Of a stretch of DNA of 64,000 bases, positions 9,871 to 20,007 are shown piece by piece. The notes beneath the pieces are model-generated. The model did no database searches. It was not told the DNA's origin and was given only the letters and a program-made list of their open reading frames with translations. Position numbers and translations under genes: made by a program. Source of the DNA: a bacterium (GTDB taxonomy: Bacteria; Zhuqueibacterota; Zhuqueibacteria; Residuimicrobiales; Krinioviventaceae); the NCBI GenBank assembly GCA_963675755.2, contig CAXXMD010000003.1, positions 96,001 to 160,000 on the forward strand, written 5' to 3'. How positions within the stretch are numbered: the first letter of the stretch is position 1; the number at the start of each line of letters is the position of its first letter.

Positions 9871-11481
9871 ATGAAACGCAGAGAGTTTTTCAAAACAACC
9901 GGAGTTGTCGCCCTGGGCAGCCAACTGGCTTGCACTAAACCCGGCCAATCTCCGTCCCCCAATCAAAAATTCAAGATCAAATCTTTCCCCCTGCTTGAAG
10001 CAACAATCACCGATCTACAGCAATGGATGCAATCCGGTGAATATACCGCCCATTCCATTACGCAGCTCTATCTTGAGCGTATTGACGAAATCGACAAAAC
10101 CGGTCCTTCGCTCAATGCAATCATTGAACTGAATCCCGATGCTTTGGAAATCGCAGAAAAACTCGACCAGGAGCGTAAACAGGGCAATGTTCGCAGTCCC
10201 ATGCACGGTATTCCGGTGCTGATCAAAGACAATATCGACACTGCCGATAAAATGATGACCACCGCCGGCTCTCTGGCGCTTGAAGGATCTATCGCAAAAC
10301 AAGACGCCCACACTATTGCCCAATTACGTAAAGCCGGGGCAATCATTCTTGGCAAAACCAATCTCAGCGAGTGGGCCAATTTCAGATCCATGCGCTCGAC
10401 CAGCGGCTGGAGCGGACGCGGCGGCCAGACCCGTAATCCTTACGCACTGGACCGCAATCCCTGCGGCTCAAGCTCGGGTTCGGGAGCAGCGGTAAGCGCC
10501 AATCTCTGTGCGGTTGCCATTGGCACGGAAACCAACGGATCTGTTGTCTGTCCCAGTAACTCCAATGGTGTTGTGGGTATCAAACCCACATTGGGACTCG
10601 TCAGCCGTTCCGGCATCATCCCCATAGCGCATTCACAGGATACCGCCGGCCCCATGGCGCGCTCCGTTGCCGATGCAGCCCTGCTGCTCAGCTACATGGC
10701 AGGAGCAGATGCACAAGATCCCGTCACGCAAAACAACAATACATTTATTGATTATATGAAATTTCTCGATCCAAACGGATTGCGGGGCAAGCGCATAGGC
10801 ATTGCCCGTAATTTTTTTGATTTTCACGATCGGGTAGATGCCCTGATGCAAGAGGTGATCGATGTTCTCAAATCCCAGGGAGCCGAGGTGATTGATCCCG
10901 CCAACATTGATACCAGCGGGGACTATGGCGACAGCTCGTTCGAAGTTCTGCTTTATGAATTCAAAACCGATCTTAACAAATATCTGGCAAATCTGGGTCC
11001 CAATGTACCGGTCCATTCTTTAAAGGAACTGATCGAGTTTAACGAGAACCATCGTGATCGTGAAATGCCCTATTTTGAACAGGAAATCCTGGTTATGGCA
11101 CAGGAGCGAGGGGACCTTACAACCCCGGCATATCTGGATGCCCTGAAAAAAGTAAAGCACCTTTCACAACAGGATGGCATTGACGCCACCTTAAAAAAAC
11201 ACAATCTGGATGCCATCATGGCACCAACCGGAGGACCGGCCTGGCTGACGGATTGGGTCAATGGCGATCATTATTCCGGCGGCAGTTCATCTCCCGCGGC
11301 ACGGGCAGGGTACCCCAACATTACTGTCCCCTGTGGTGACATTTTCGGATTACCCATTGGCGTTTCCTTTTTCTCAACCGCATTTTCGGAACCCAAACTC
11401 TTACAGATCGCCTATAGTTATGAACAGGCGACCCAACTCAGAAAAGCTCCGCAATTTTTAAATACATGTAATTTTTCATAA
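9871..11481 (+). CDS. Amidase-signature family enzyme, Tat lipoprotein
   Basis: MKRREFF and QLAC; KDNID, CGSSSGSG and GTETNGS (Lys-cisSer-Ser triad region). Confidence 0.93.
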   Translation: MKRREFFKTTGVVALGSQLACTKPGQSPSPNQKFKIKSFPLLEATITDLQQWMQSGEYTAHSITQLYLERIDEIDKTGPSLNAIIELNPDALEIAEKLDQERKQGNVRSPMHGIPVLIKDNIDTADKMMTTAGSLALEGSIAKQDAHTIAQLRKAGAIILGKTNLSEWANFRSMRSTSGWSGRGGQTRNPYALDRNPCGSSSGSGAAVSANLCAVAIGTETNGSVVCPSNSNGVVGIKPTLGLVSRSGIIPIAHSQDTAGPMARSVADAALLLSYMAGADAQDPVTQNNNTFIDYMKFLDPNGLRGKRIGIARNFFDFHDRVDALMQEVIDVLKSQGAEVIDPANIDTSGDYGDSSFEVLLYEFKTDLNKYLANLGPNVPVHSLKELIEFNENHRDREMPYFEQEILVMAQERGDLTTPAYLDALKKVKHLSQQDGIDATLKKHNLDAIMAPTGGPAWLTDWVNGDHYSGGSSSPAARAGYPNITVPCGDIFGLPIGVSFFSTAFSEPKLLQIAYSYEQATQLRKAPQFLNTCNFS

Positions 11482-11498
11482 TCCGTAAAGGCAGTATA

Positions 11499-12899
11499 AT
11501 GAAACGAAGAACATTTTTAAAAGGACTCTCACTTTCGGCTGCTACGCCCCTGTTTTTACAATGCACCCAAAAGGAAAGCATTGAAAAGCCCAATATTATT
11601 TTCATAATGGCTGATGACCTGGGATACGCGGATCTGGGTTGTTATGGTCAAAAAAAGATCAAAACCCCCAACATCGACAAACTCGCTGCCAATGGCATGC
11701 GTTTTACCCAGTGCTATGCCGGTGCAACGGTTTGTGCACCTTCTCGCAGTGTGCTGATGACAGGACAGCATACCGGTCATACCCGCATTCGCGGCAACAT
11801 GTGCAAAAACGGCGGAACCGTTGGGCACAAAGGCAATCGTGAGGTGCGGAGAATGAATCTGCTAAAAGAAGATGTCACGGTAGCCAATGTGATGCAAACA
11901 GCGGGATATCGCACCTGCCTGGCCGGGAAATGGCATATTGGCGGTTTTAATCCCGATGCCGGACCGCTTGATCGCGGATTCGACGAATTTTACGGCGCTC
12001 TCACCTATTCCGGACGGGAGCACGGTCCCGCATACTGGCCGCGTAAATGGTTCCACAATCGTGAAATGGTAGCGGTCACAGGCAACCAGAATGGCGAAAA
12101 AGGCTATTACCGCACCGATCTAAATACAGACCGGTCCATCTCGTTTATCAAGAAAAACTTGAACCGGCCTTTTTTCCTCTATCTTGCCTACTCCAATCCC
12201 CACAGTCCCTTTGACGCACCAAACACAAAAGCCTATGACCATGAAGACTGGCCCGAGGAGGAAAAACTATACGCGTCCATGGTGGAGAATCTGGACCGCA
12301 ACGTCGGCAGGCTTGTGCAGGCACTCAAGGAATCCGGTCTAGAGAAAAAAACGCTGGTATTGTTCTGTTCTGACAATGGCCCCCGATCAGAACCGTCAGA
12401 GGTACAAACACGGGTCTCAGAGTTCTTTGATTCCAACGGTCCCCTGCGGGGATATAAACGGGATTTGTACGAAGGCGGCATCCGTGTGCCCATGATCGCT
12501 TACTGGCCGGGTCAAGTACCCAAAGGTACCGTCAGTGATGTCATCTGGTATTTTGCCGATGTGCTGCCAACCGCAGCGGACCTGGCAGGCGCGACTGCAC
12601 CGGACAATATTGACGGCGTCAGCATGGTTCCCTCTCTGATGGACCCGAAAACATTGCCTGAGGAACGCTACTTGTATTGGGAATTCTTTGAAGGTGGATT
12701 CCAACAGGCGGCTCGCTGGCACCAGTGGAAAGCCATTCGTCCCGCATTGGGCAAGCCCTTGATGCTATTCAATCTGGACGACGACCTTGGCGAAGCAAAC
12801 AACATTGCGGACCAGCATCCTGAGATTATTGAACAATTTGAAACTTATCTAAAAACCGCCCGTTCCGAATCCGAAAACTGGCCGCTGGAGGATGCTTAA
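11499..12899 (+). CDS. Formylglycine-dependent sulfatase (S1), Tat-exported
   Basis: PNIIFIMADDLG, CAPSR, GKWH, SDNG, LYEGGIRVP. Confidence 0.95.
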   Translation: MKRRTFLKGLSLSAATPLFLQCTQKESIEKPNIIFIMADDLGYADLGCYGQKKIKTPNIDKLAANGMRFTQCYAGATVCAPSRSVLMTGQHTGHTRIRGNMCKNGGTVGHKGNREVRRMNLLKEDVTVANVMQTAGYRTCLAGKWHIGGFNPDAGPLDRGFDEFYGALTYSGREHGPAYWPRKWFHNREMVAVTGNQNGEKGYYRTDLNTDRSISFIKKNLNRPFFLYLAYSNPHSPFDAPNTKAYDHEDWPEEEKLYASMVENLDRNVGRLVQALKESGLEKKTLVLFCSDNGPRSEPSEVQTRVSEFFDSNGPLRGYKRDLYEGGIRVPMIAYWPGQVPKGTVSDVIWYFADVLPTAADLAGATAPDNIDGVSMVPSLMDPKTLPEERYLYWEFFEGGFQQAARWHQWKAIRPALGKPLMLFNLDDDLGEANNIADQHPEIIEQFETYLKTARSESENWPLEDA

Positions 12900-12912
12900 A
12901 TATACATTCAAC

Positions 12913-12940
12913 CTCCCGAGGGCTCGGAGCCCTCGGGAGG
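12913..12940. repeat. REP-like palindrome (CCTCCCGAGGG family), may also terminate the sulfatase transcript
   Basis: CCTCCCGAGGGCTC-g-GAGCCCTCGGGAGG; degenerate relatives near 13145, 16810, 19314, 19667 and 20044. Confidence 0.7.
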
Positions 12941-12962
12941 ATATTGACACCCGATTATTATA

Positions 12963-13109
12963 CTCCGTCCCAAATTGAATTTGGGACGGAACTTTGGTGC
13001 GAAGCTCTGCTTCGCAAATAATTGTAAATTAAAAATCTGCGCATTGTAAAATTTTCTCCAAGCACAGCTTGGAGCCAACTTTCCTTACCAAATAAAATTT
13101 GGTAAGGAG
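12963..13109. repeat. 147-bp four-hairpin REPIN/MITE-like element, diverged copy
   Basis: TCCGTCCCAAAT/ATTTGGGACGGA, GCGAAGC/GCTTCGC, CTCCAAGC/GCTTGGAG, TCCTTACCAAAT/ATTTGGTAAGGA. Confidence 0.85.
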
Positions 13110-13166
13110 ATTATATGGGTTTTCAACAGTCAAAGGATCTAATACCCTCGGGAGGATATCGAAAAC

Positions 13167-13362
13167 TTGATCGCAATGCAGATTAAAATCCGCTAGATTT
13201 CGGATTTGATAAAAAGATTTGAGTTTTACTAACCAGGATTTCCCGATGGACACATATAAATGCCGACCATGTTTATGTGTTTTATCTGCGTGCATCTGCG
13301 TTTATCTGTGGTTAAAATTTGGAAACAATACATTTGATCGCAATGCAGATTCCTGCATTGCG
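13167..13362. repeat. Direct repeat TTGATCGCAATGCAGATT (x2, second copy palindromic) enclosing a 10-nt-period triple repeat
   Basis: Copies at 13167 and 13334; CGCAATGCAG-attc-CTGCATTGCG at 13339-13362; atctgcgtgc-atctgcgttt-atctgtggtt near 13283-13312. Confidence 0.65.
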
Positions 13363-13432
13363 GGATATTGCGCTGGGACATTCGTCCCTAAAATAACCAT
13401 CACTATTGGAAATTATACCACAAGGAGTTCAC

Positions 13433-14797
13433 ATGCAATCAACAACATACAATCGCAGAGACATGCTGAAACTTGGCGGTGCGCTCGTTCTGGGCTCCGC
13501 ACTGAGCGCCAAAGCCGCTCAAAACAACACATCCGCGCCCAAACCGGACCGCCCCATCACCGCGGTAGTACTGGGGGCCGGATCCCGGGGCAACCGATAT
13601 GCATCCTATAGTGAAAAATATCCGGACGAGTTGAAAATCGTCGGAGTGGCCGAGCCCATTGACCTGCGTCGTGAACGATTTTCCAAACGCTACAATATCC
13701 CCGAAAAATACCAGTGGGTCACCTGGGAGCACGCGCTCGAGATCCCCAAATTTGCAGACGCGCTCATTATCACCACTCCCGACGCCCTGCATTATGGTCC
13801 CGCCATGGGTGGCCTGGCACTGGATTATGATATGATCCTTGAAAAAGTGGTGGCCCAGACCTGGCAGGAATGTAACGATATATTAAAACTCGCAAAAAAA
13901 CAGGACCGCATTGTAGCGGTCTGTCACGTTCTGCGCTATTCTCCCTATTTCCGCAAGCTCAAAGAGATCATGGATTCCGGTATTCTGGGCGATGTTACCA
14001 GCATTCAGCACAAGGAAAAAGTAGAGCATGTGCACATGTCGCACTCGTTTGTTCGCGGCAACTGGCGCAACAAGGCAGAATCCAATCCCATGATACTGTC
14101 AAAGTCCTGTCACGATCTTGACATCCTGCGCTGGCTTATTGGCAAGTCCTGTCTGCATCTCTCGTCATTCGGATCGCTCAAACATTTCCGCGCCGAAAAC
14201 GCACCCAAAGGCAGCACGCCCCGCTGTACCGATGGCTGCGCTGTTGAAGCCGAATGCCCCTACTCGGCCCTGCGCATCTATTACCGCAACCGCACCTGGC
14301 TGCACCACATGGACCTGCCGCAATCCGGAGACCAGGGTCCCGCTATTCTTGAGCACCTCAAGAATGGACAATACGGACGCTGTGTGTATCATTGCGATAA
14401 TGATGTGGTAGACCACCAGATTGTTGCCATGCAGTTTGAAGACCAGATCACAGCGACCTTTAACATGGAAGCGTTCACCTCTAAACCGGGACGCGAAACG
14501 CATGTGATGGGAACCATGGGAGATGTAGTGGGAGACGAACATGTCCTCACAACCACAGATTTCCGCACCGGCCAGGAAACGGTCTGGGATGTTCGGGACC
14601 ATGTGGATTCGCTCTCCGGGCATGGCGGTGGTGACTACGGACTGGTACACGATTTCGTCCGCGCCGTGGACCAGCACGACGAGTCCCTGTTGACATCAAA
14701 TATTGAAGCGTCAATGGAAAGCCATTTGATGGGATTCATGGCAGAAAAAAGCCGCCTCAATAACGGCACCAGCATAAAAATCGAACTGGATATTTAA
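13433..14797 (+). CDS. Gfo/Idh/MocA family oxidoreductase with Tat-like signal
   Basis: AAGGAG RBS before ATG at 13433; NRRDML; VLGAGSRG; LEKVV; KSCHDLD; GHGGGD. Confidence 0.9.
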   Translation: MQSTTYNRRDMLKLGGALVLGSALSAKAAQNNTSAPKPDRPITAVVLGAGSRGNRYASYSEKYPDELKIVGVAEPIDLRRERFSKRYNIPEKYQWVTWEHALEIPKFADALIITTPDALHYGPAMGGLALDYDMILEKVVAQTWQECNDILKLAKKQDRIVAVCHVLRYSPYFRKLKEIMDSGILGDVTSIQHKEKVEHVHMSHSFVRGNWRNKAESNPMILSKSCHDLDILRWLIGKSCLHLSSFGSLKHFRAENAPKGSTPRCTDGCAVEAECPYSALRIYYRNRTWLHHMDLPQSGDQGPAILEHLKNGQYGRCVYHCDNDVVDHQIVAMQFEDQITATFNMEAFTSKPGRETHVMGTMGDVVGDEHVLTTTDFRTGQETVWDVRDHVDSLSGHGGGDYGLVHDFVRAVDQHDESLLTSNIEASMESHLMGFMAEKSRLNNGTSIKIELDI

Positions 14798-14856
14798 GTC
14801 ACAAACTATCCACTCGATTATTATTGAAAAGGCATAATCTTGAAAAAACAACAACT

Positions 14857-14909
14857 CTCCGTCCCAAATCAAATTTGGGACGGAACTACTGTGCAAAGCT
14901 CTGCTTTGC
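14857..14909. repeat. Left half of the 147-bp element
   Basis: CTCCGTCCCAAATCAAATTTGGGACGGAACTACTGTGCAAAGCTCTGCTTTGC; right-hand hairpins absent. Confidence 0.8.
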
Positions 14910-15075
14910 AAATATAAATAAAAGAGGTAGAGTGCATCCCCTATTTCTTTTTGTGAGAGTTAACTGGTTTCAGAATGAGATCCGCGACGAGCGGAGAGCA
15001 TATAAAAGCGCCGGTTTAGAATATACTACATCCCCAATTCCCAGACTGTGTAAAAATCAGTAAACAATTTTGTTT

Positions 15076-15120
15076 TTGGAGTGCATCGCCTTTATGCGAT
15101 GCGGGCCGTCAAAGACGGCC
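15076..15120. repeat. TGGAGTGC-led REP-like palindromes
   Basis: tttggagt-GCATCGC-ctttat-GCGATGC and GGCCGTC-aaa-GACGGCC. Confidence 0.55.
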
Positions 15121-15132
15121 TTAATCCATAGT

Positions 15133-15198
15133 CTAGGCGCATCGTCCAGGATGCATACTGAAACGGATAAAAAATCATGGGCCACAGGCCCAGGCTAC
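15133..15198 (-). repeat. About 66-bp GTAG-led repeat, copy 1
   Basis: Minus strand GTAGCCTGGGCCTGTGGCCCA...GTTTCAGTATGC...GCGCCTAG; second copy at 15521-15587. Confidence 0.75.
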
Positions 15199-15229
15199 TA
15201 ACTACTAACCTTAAACTAACTAGTAAAAT

Positions 15230-15439
15230 TCAAAAAAACAAAACCCATATTCCAATTAAAGCATGAGTAATAATTGCTATCCATATTCTGGTTTCATGAA
15301 TCCAACTATTCTCAGGGGCAAAAAGCTTACTGCCTGGCTTTATATTTTTAGCTAAAAGTTTTTTTCTAGTAAAGAAATAAATTAAACTTAAAATAATAAA
15401 TAAAAACCCAACAATTAAATGTAAAGGAGCTGTGTTCAC
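15230..15439 (-). CDS. Small two-helix membrane protein, orphan
   Basis: 69 aa, GTG start after GAGG; two hydrophobic segments separated by a basic loop; very AT-rich. Confidence 0.55.
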   Translation of the reverse strand: MNTAPLHLIVGFLFIILSLIYFFTRKKLLAKNIKPGSKLFAPENSWIHETRIWIAIITHALIGIWVLFF

Positions 15440-15520
15440 TTGATTGTACCTCTGTTAATTTATCCATAAACTTTAAATTATGGTTGATTTCTAATCAATA
15501 CATTCAATTCAGCTCGAAAA

Positions 15521-15587
15521 CTAAGCGCACCGCCCAGAACGCATACTGAAACCAGATAATAAACCCCGGGCCACAGGCACAGGCTAC
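15521..15587 (-). repeat. About 67-bp GTAG-led repeat, copy 2
   Basis: Minus strand GTAGCCTGTGCCTGTGGCCCG...GTTTCAGTATGC...GCGCTTAG. Confidence 0.75.
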
Positions 15588-15612
15588 GAAATACAAGCGG
15601 TAAATATTCAAA

Positions 15613-16182
15613 TTATAAGATTACTTTACACCATGAAGTTTTAATACTCTCACATATAATCTTAATCTCTGGATTCTTTTTTAAAATTGTTTTCTCATAA
15701 TCATCCAAAAAATAATTATATCCACAACTATCGGGTAGTTCAATTATGGCTCTAACAAGACAGTTTGAGCTCTTTAAACTAAAATCATCTTTCAAATTAC
15801 CATGATAAACTATTGGTATTACAATGGAAGAATCAGGAGATAATATATGCATTTGATGCTTAGCATAAGTTAACACAGCCCAGTTACCATTTATCATATC
15901 GCTTCTAATAATCTCATCTTTGACCTTAATTTCTAAAATTGTATTATAAATGAGCTCATATAATAAACTTGAATCAACACTATTTTCTCTGATAAATCCA
16001 GAACAAAAGAATGCTACAGTATCTTTAGATGTGTTAAATACATTTAATGATAAATAATGTTGATTTTGATGTTTTGAAATATTTAAAGTTAAAAATTCTT
16101 TCTTTTTGTCATTTTGTTTATTAAAACAATTTAACAAAAAGTAGGCTATAAAAATTATTAATAACAATTTTTTATTAATCAT
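15613..16182 (-). CDS. AT-rich orphan putative lipoprotein
   Basis: 189 aa; MINKKLLLIIFIAYFLLNC lipobox-like signal. Confidence 0.6.
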   Translation of the reverse strand: MINKKLLLIIFIAYFLLNCFNKQNDKKKEFLTLNISKHQNQHYLSLNVFNTSKDTVAFFCSGFIRENSVDSSLLYELIYNTILEIKVKDEIIRSDMINGNWAVLTYAKHQMHILSPDSSIVIPIVYHGNLKDDFSLKSSNCLVRAIIELPDSCGYNYFLDDYEKTILKKNPEIKIICESIKTSWCKVIL

Positions 16183-16329
16183 ATTAAACTCTTAAATAAA
16201 TTCCATTTGAATTGATATAATTAAATAAAATCCATTTTCTCCTTAAATAACTCAAATAAAACATTTACTATATATAATTCCTTACCAGTTCGCAACCTGG
16301 GGTGTGTCACCCACTCGATGAACAATAAA

Positions 16330-16770
16330 CTATACTCTACGATTTAAAAAAACATTCATACTTGAGGATACCAACCCGATAATCATTGCTATAAAAACCA
16401 TTTTAATTTGCACAACTGAAAAATAGGAGATATAGTTAATATTTAAACCAATTAGCAATACCAAAACTACTAACCATTTTTTATTAATAAAAATAAATAT
16501 AGGTTTTAATTCATTTTCATGTTTACGATAATAAAAATACCTATTTACATTTATTGGCAATAACAGACCTAACGATAAAAAACTTGTAGTTGAAAAAAGA
16601 AAAAATAACTTTTTAATATAATAAATAAAACCATCATCTATAATTATTCTAAAATGCCAATATATCATTGAAATCAGAAAAAATAACAACAAACCAAATA
16701 TTACTAAACCTAAAGGTGTAAAGAGAGGCATATCATCAATTTCATCTTTATTTTCTTTTGATTCTTTCAT
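16330..16770 (-). CDS. AT-rich orphan membrane protein (about 4 TM helices)
   Basis: ATG at 16770 after AGGAAG; four hydrophobic stretches. Confidence 0.6.
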   Translation of the reverse strand: MKESKENKDEIDDMPLFTPLGLVIFGLLLFFLISMIYWHFRIIIDDGFIYYIKKLFFLFSTTSFLSLGLLLPINVNRYFYYRKHENELKPIFIFINKKWLVVLVLLIGLNINYISYFSVVQIKMVFIAMIIGLVSSSMNVFLNRRV

Positions 16771-16807
16771 ACAGCTTCCTTTAAATTCAAAAAGAATTGT
16801 ACAAACC

Positions 16808-17134
16808 ATCCTCCCGAGTGAATCAAAACCCACGGAAAGATTCTCCGTATCTCAAGGGGTTCAATTTTCTATTTTATCCGTGTAAATCCGTGTAAATCCG
16901 TGGCTAAATATGGAAACTTTTATTGATCCACAGATCTGCACAGATCCTCAAGGATTGTTTGGATTAGTCCCACCCGATCCCCTCATTCTCCGTCCCAAAT
17001 TCGACTTGGGACGGAACCAGGGTGCAAAGCTCTGCTTTGCTAATATTTATAAATTAGTGTCTTTTGCACCGCGCAATCCTCTACAGGCACAGCCTGGAGC
17101 CAACTTTCCTGCCCAAATACAATTTGGGCAGGAG
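16808..17134. repeat. Composite repeat unit: REP palindrome, inverted 10-nt-period pair, then 147-bp element (16988-17134)
   Basis: Same module order and largely the same sequence as the units at 19308-20007. Confidence 0.85.
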
Positions 17135-17187
17135 CTTTACCAATAAACACCATTACTATCAGAAAACCCTCCAAAAGCATTCATCAC

Positions 17188-19125
17188 CTATTCCGAATAC
17201 AATGTAAGTATCTGCCCGCCTTTGATGCAGACAGTATTATCATCTACAAGTAATTCCTGAATTTCAAAAGCATCATTCTCATGAAACGGGTCCGTGATTT
17301 CCGCACGGGTAAACAAGGTCTGCATCCCCTCTACACGTACCTTGACAGCTTTACTATCTTTGTTGAGAATAACCAGAACAGTGTTGTTATTCTGATCTGT
17401 ATACGCGGTTGTTAACAGATTTTTATTCGGGCAGTCCACATCAACCCGTTGTATGCCTTTTAACAGTTTACGGCTAAACGCACCAAAAACCCGCAACTGA
17501 TTTGACGAAGGCGCAGGGACACTGTCATGCAGCCGATCTACACGAAACAAACTGCGTGTGGCGTCAAATGTAGGTTGAGGACCGTTTAACAACGTCCAGC
17601 AGTATATAATAGCCTCTGCATTCATCATTTGCAGATTTTTATGATACAACTGTCCCATTGTCAAAGCAAGTCGGTAGGAACCATGTTGATATGGAGGCTT
17701 GTTAATACAGAGTTCTGTTGACAAAAAGGGCTTGTCCCCAATAATATCATTCCATTCATGGATGTATTCATCATACCCATCCGGATTGGTAAAAAATGAC
17801 TGGTAATCATACATGTTGGTTGCCGCGTAATCAATGGTGTTCCATACTTGCTCATTTTCAGAAAAAGTCCTGGCGGCTTTAATACCTGCATTCAATCGCG
17901 ATCCATTGTGCATATGGATCTTGACATTCTGAAAGCCATGATCATCCAGTTTTTTTCGCAAAGCCAATGTCATAGCATGCCAAATATCGGCAGGCTGGTT
18001 TCTTTCATTCTGAATACCAACAATGGCAGGAGGCATCCCGGTTTTGCGTTTAGCGGTTTGGCAGTAATTCAGCATGGCCTCGGTATATTTCTCAATTACA
18101 GGGATTTTATTACTTTTGGATTTCCGGGTCCTTTCCGGATCCAGCATCCACTGCGGAAAAGCCCAGAATTCAAAGATGACCATTCCCCCGGCATCCTGGA
18201 TTTTTTTATTATACGAAAAATCAGAGATCTCGCCATTGGGGAAATTGTCGCCATAATAATGTACCGATGCATCCTCAAAATTATCCCAGTTGCTGAAATC
18301 TGCTTTGAGCTGCGTACCATTGGGATATTCCCGTTGAATCAGCAGATTATATTCTTTTAAAAACTCCCACCATCTTTCCTTACCCGCCTTGCTCAACTCG
18401 TTATAGGATACAACAGAAGTGATGCCCCCGAACCCCAAAATCTTTTGATGTTTTATATCTTTATGGATGATAAGGGTTTCATGCCCCTCAAGCGGCTCAA
18501 CCAGTTTACCCTGGATTGTACCATTCTTGCCGGTATATTTTAACTGGTGACGGGTGACATCCATGATTATCATTTGGGTCAGGATTTGTTTATTGTTTAA
18601 AAACACCGTGAGCTTTAAATCATGGGACACGGTTACCGCTACCGACTGTAGCTTTCCTTTAATCTGAATGCCGGCTTTTAACAGGGATTTATCGGGGAAA
18701 CGGGGCAATTCATTCCGGGCAACAGCAGATTCGTCATGTAACCCAAATGAATCGTAATAGCGCTGCACAACCACAAGCGAGTCCTGATCCAATTTCAGTG
18801 TAAATCCTGCTTTGGGCCCCGTAAAGATCCACAACAAATCGCCATCTTTAAAATTCACTTTATCAAACAAGAGTTTTCGGCTAAACAATGCCGGCAAAAG
18901 CTCATCCGGATATACGCCCTTTGATTCAACGCCGCGGCCCCATACATGAGACACCACACCACCCTTGCCCAGTAAAAAATCTATTCCATCAGCTTTGTAT
19001 TGCACAGGATTAGCAGTGAATGCATCATTATCAAGATCAACCCGGGATTGATAATCATTTAACCACTGAGCAGATGAAAAATCCGTTAACATTAACAGTA
19101 CTGCAATCCAAAATAGCCTTTTCAT
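17188..19125 (-). CDS. Secreted clan GH-A glycoside hydrolase (GH30-like)
   Basis: Signal peptide; HQKILGFGG; GIQNER (acid/base) and STELC (nucleophile) positions; C-terminal beta domain (TAY...VLVILN). Confidence 0.65.
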   Translation of the reverse strand: MKRLFWIAVLLMLTDFSSAQWLNDYQSRVDLDNDAFTANPVQYKADGIDFLLGKGGVVSHVWGRGVESKGVYPDELLPALFSRKLLFDKVNFKDGDLLWIFTGPKAGFTLKLDQDSLVVVQRYYDSFGLHDESAVARNELPRFPDKSLLKAGIQIKGKLQSVAVTVSHDLKLTVFLNNKQILTQMIIMDVTRHQLKYTGKNGTIQGKLVEPLEGHETLIIHKDIKHQKILGFGGITSVVSYNELSKAGKERWWEFLKEYNLLIQREYPNGTQLKADFSNWDNFEDASVHYYGDNFPNGEISDFSYNKKIQDAGGMVIFEFWAFPQWMLDPERTRKSKSNKIPVIEKYTEAMLNYCQTAKRKTGMPPAIVGIQNERNQPADIWHAMTLALRKKLDDHGFQNVKIHMHNGSRLNAGIKAARTFSENEQVWNTIDYAATNMYDYQSFFTNPDGYDEYIHEWNDIIGDKPFLSTELCINKPPYQHGSYRLALTMGQLYHKNLQMMNAEAIIYCWTLLNGPQPTFDATRSLFRVDRLHDSVPAPSSNQLRVFGAFSRKLLKGIQRVDVDCPNKNLLTTAYTDQNNNTVLVILNKDSKAVKVRVEGMQTLFTRAEITDPFHENDAFEIQELLVDDNTVCIKGGQILTLYSE

Positions 19126-19307
19126 AATACGCTCCTGTTAATAATTGAATCCATTTCCCACAATACAAAAACGCATTCATACAGAGAAATAGATTCTTGT
19201 CAAAACCACAATATTTTCGCTCTTTTGGGAATATAACAAATTTTATTTTACTTTTCAGCCAAAATTTATAAAGGGGTATCCCCGGAAAAGTGAGGAAAAA
19301 GGCCAAA

Positions 19308-20007
19308 TTAGCCATCTTTCCGAGGGATTAAAACTGCTGGAATGATCTGCTATTCCACACTATATTTTGAACCAAATTTGAGATATAAATAAACAGAGGA
19401 TATAATTTCTATTTTTATCTGTGTCAATCCGTGTAAATCCGTGGCTAATTTTCTATTCTTTTTTTATTGAGCCACAGATCTGCACGGATCCTCACGGATT
19501 GTTAATTCTCCGTCCCAAATTCGATTTGGGACGGAACTACTGTGCAAAGCTCTGCTTTGCAAATAACTATAAATTAACGTCTTGTGCACCGCGCAATCCT
19601 CTCCAGGCACAGCCTGGAGCCAACTTTCCTGCCCAAATACAATTTGGGCAGGAGATTGATTTAGCCATCTTTCCGAGGAATTGAAACTGCTGGAATGATC
19701 TGCTATTCCACACTACATTTTGAACTAAATTTGAGATATAAATATCCAGTAGATATAATTTCTATTTTTTATCTGTGTCAATCCGTGTAAATCCGTGGCT
19801 AATTTCCCATTCTTTTTTATTGAGCCACAGATCTGCACAGATCCTCACGGATTGTTAATTCTCCGTCCCAAATTCGATTTGGGACGGAACTACTGTGCAA
19901 AGCTCTGCTTTGCAAATAACTATAAATTAGTGTCTTTTGCACCGCGCAATCCTCTCCAGGCACAGCCTGGAGCCAACTTTCCTGCCCAAATACAATTTGG
20001 GCAGGAG
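19308..20007. repeat. Tandem duplication of a 353-bp composite repeat unit
   Basis: TTAGCCATCTTTCCGAGG starts at 19308 and 19661; units end in GGCAGGAG at 19654 and 20007; 147-bp elements at 19508 and 19861; scattered substitutions between copies. Confidence 0.92.

Noticed and set aside
15133-16323. Integron attC sites
   Set aside because: No RYYYAAC...GTTRRRY pair in the expected position and no tyrosine integrase in the window; kept only as cassette-like.
19308-20007. Possible CRISPR array
   Set aside because: The period is 353 bp, the intervening sequence is duplicated rather than unique, and no cas genes are present.
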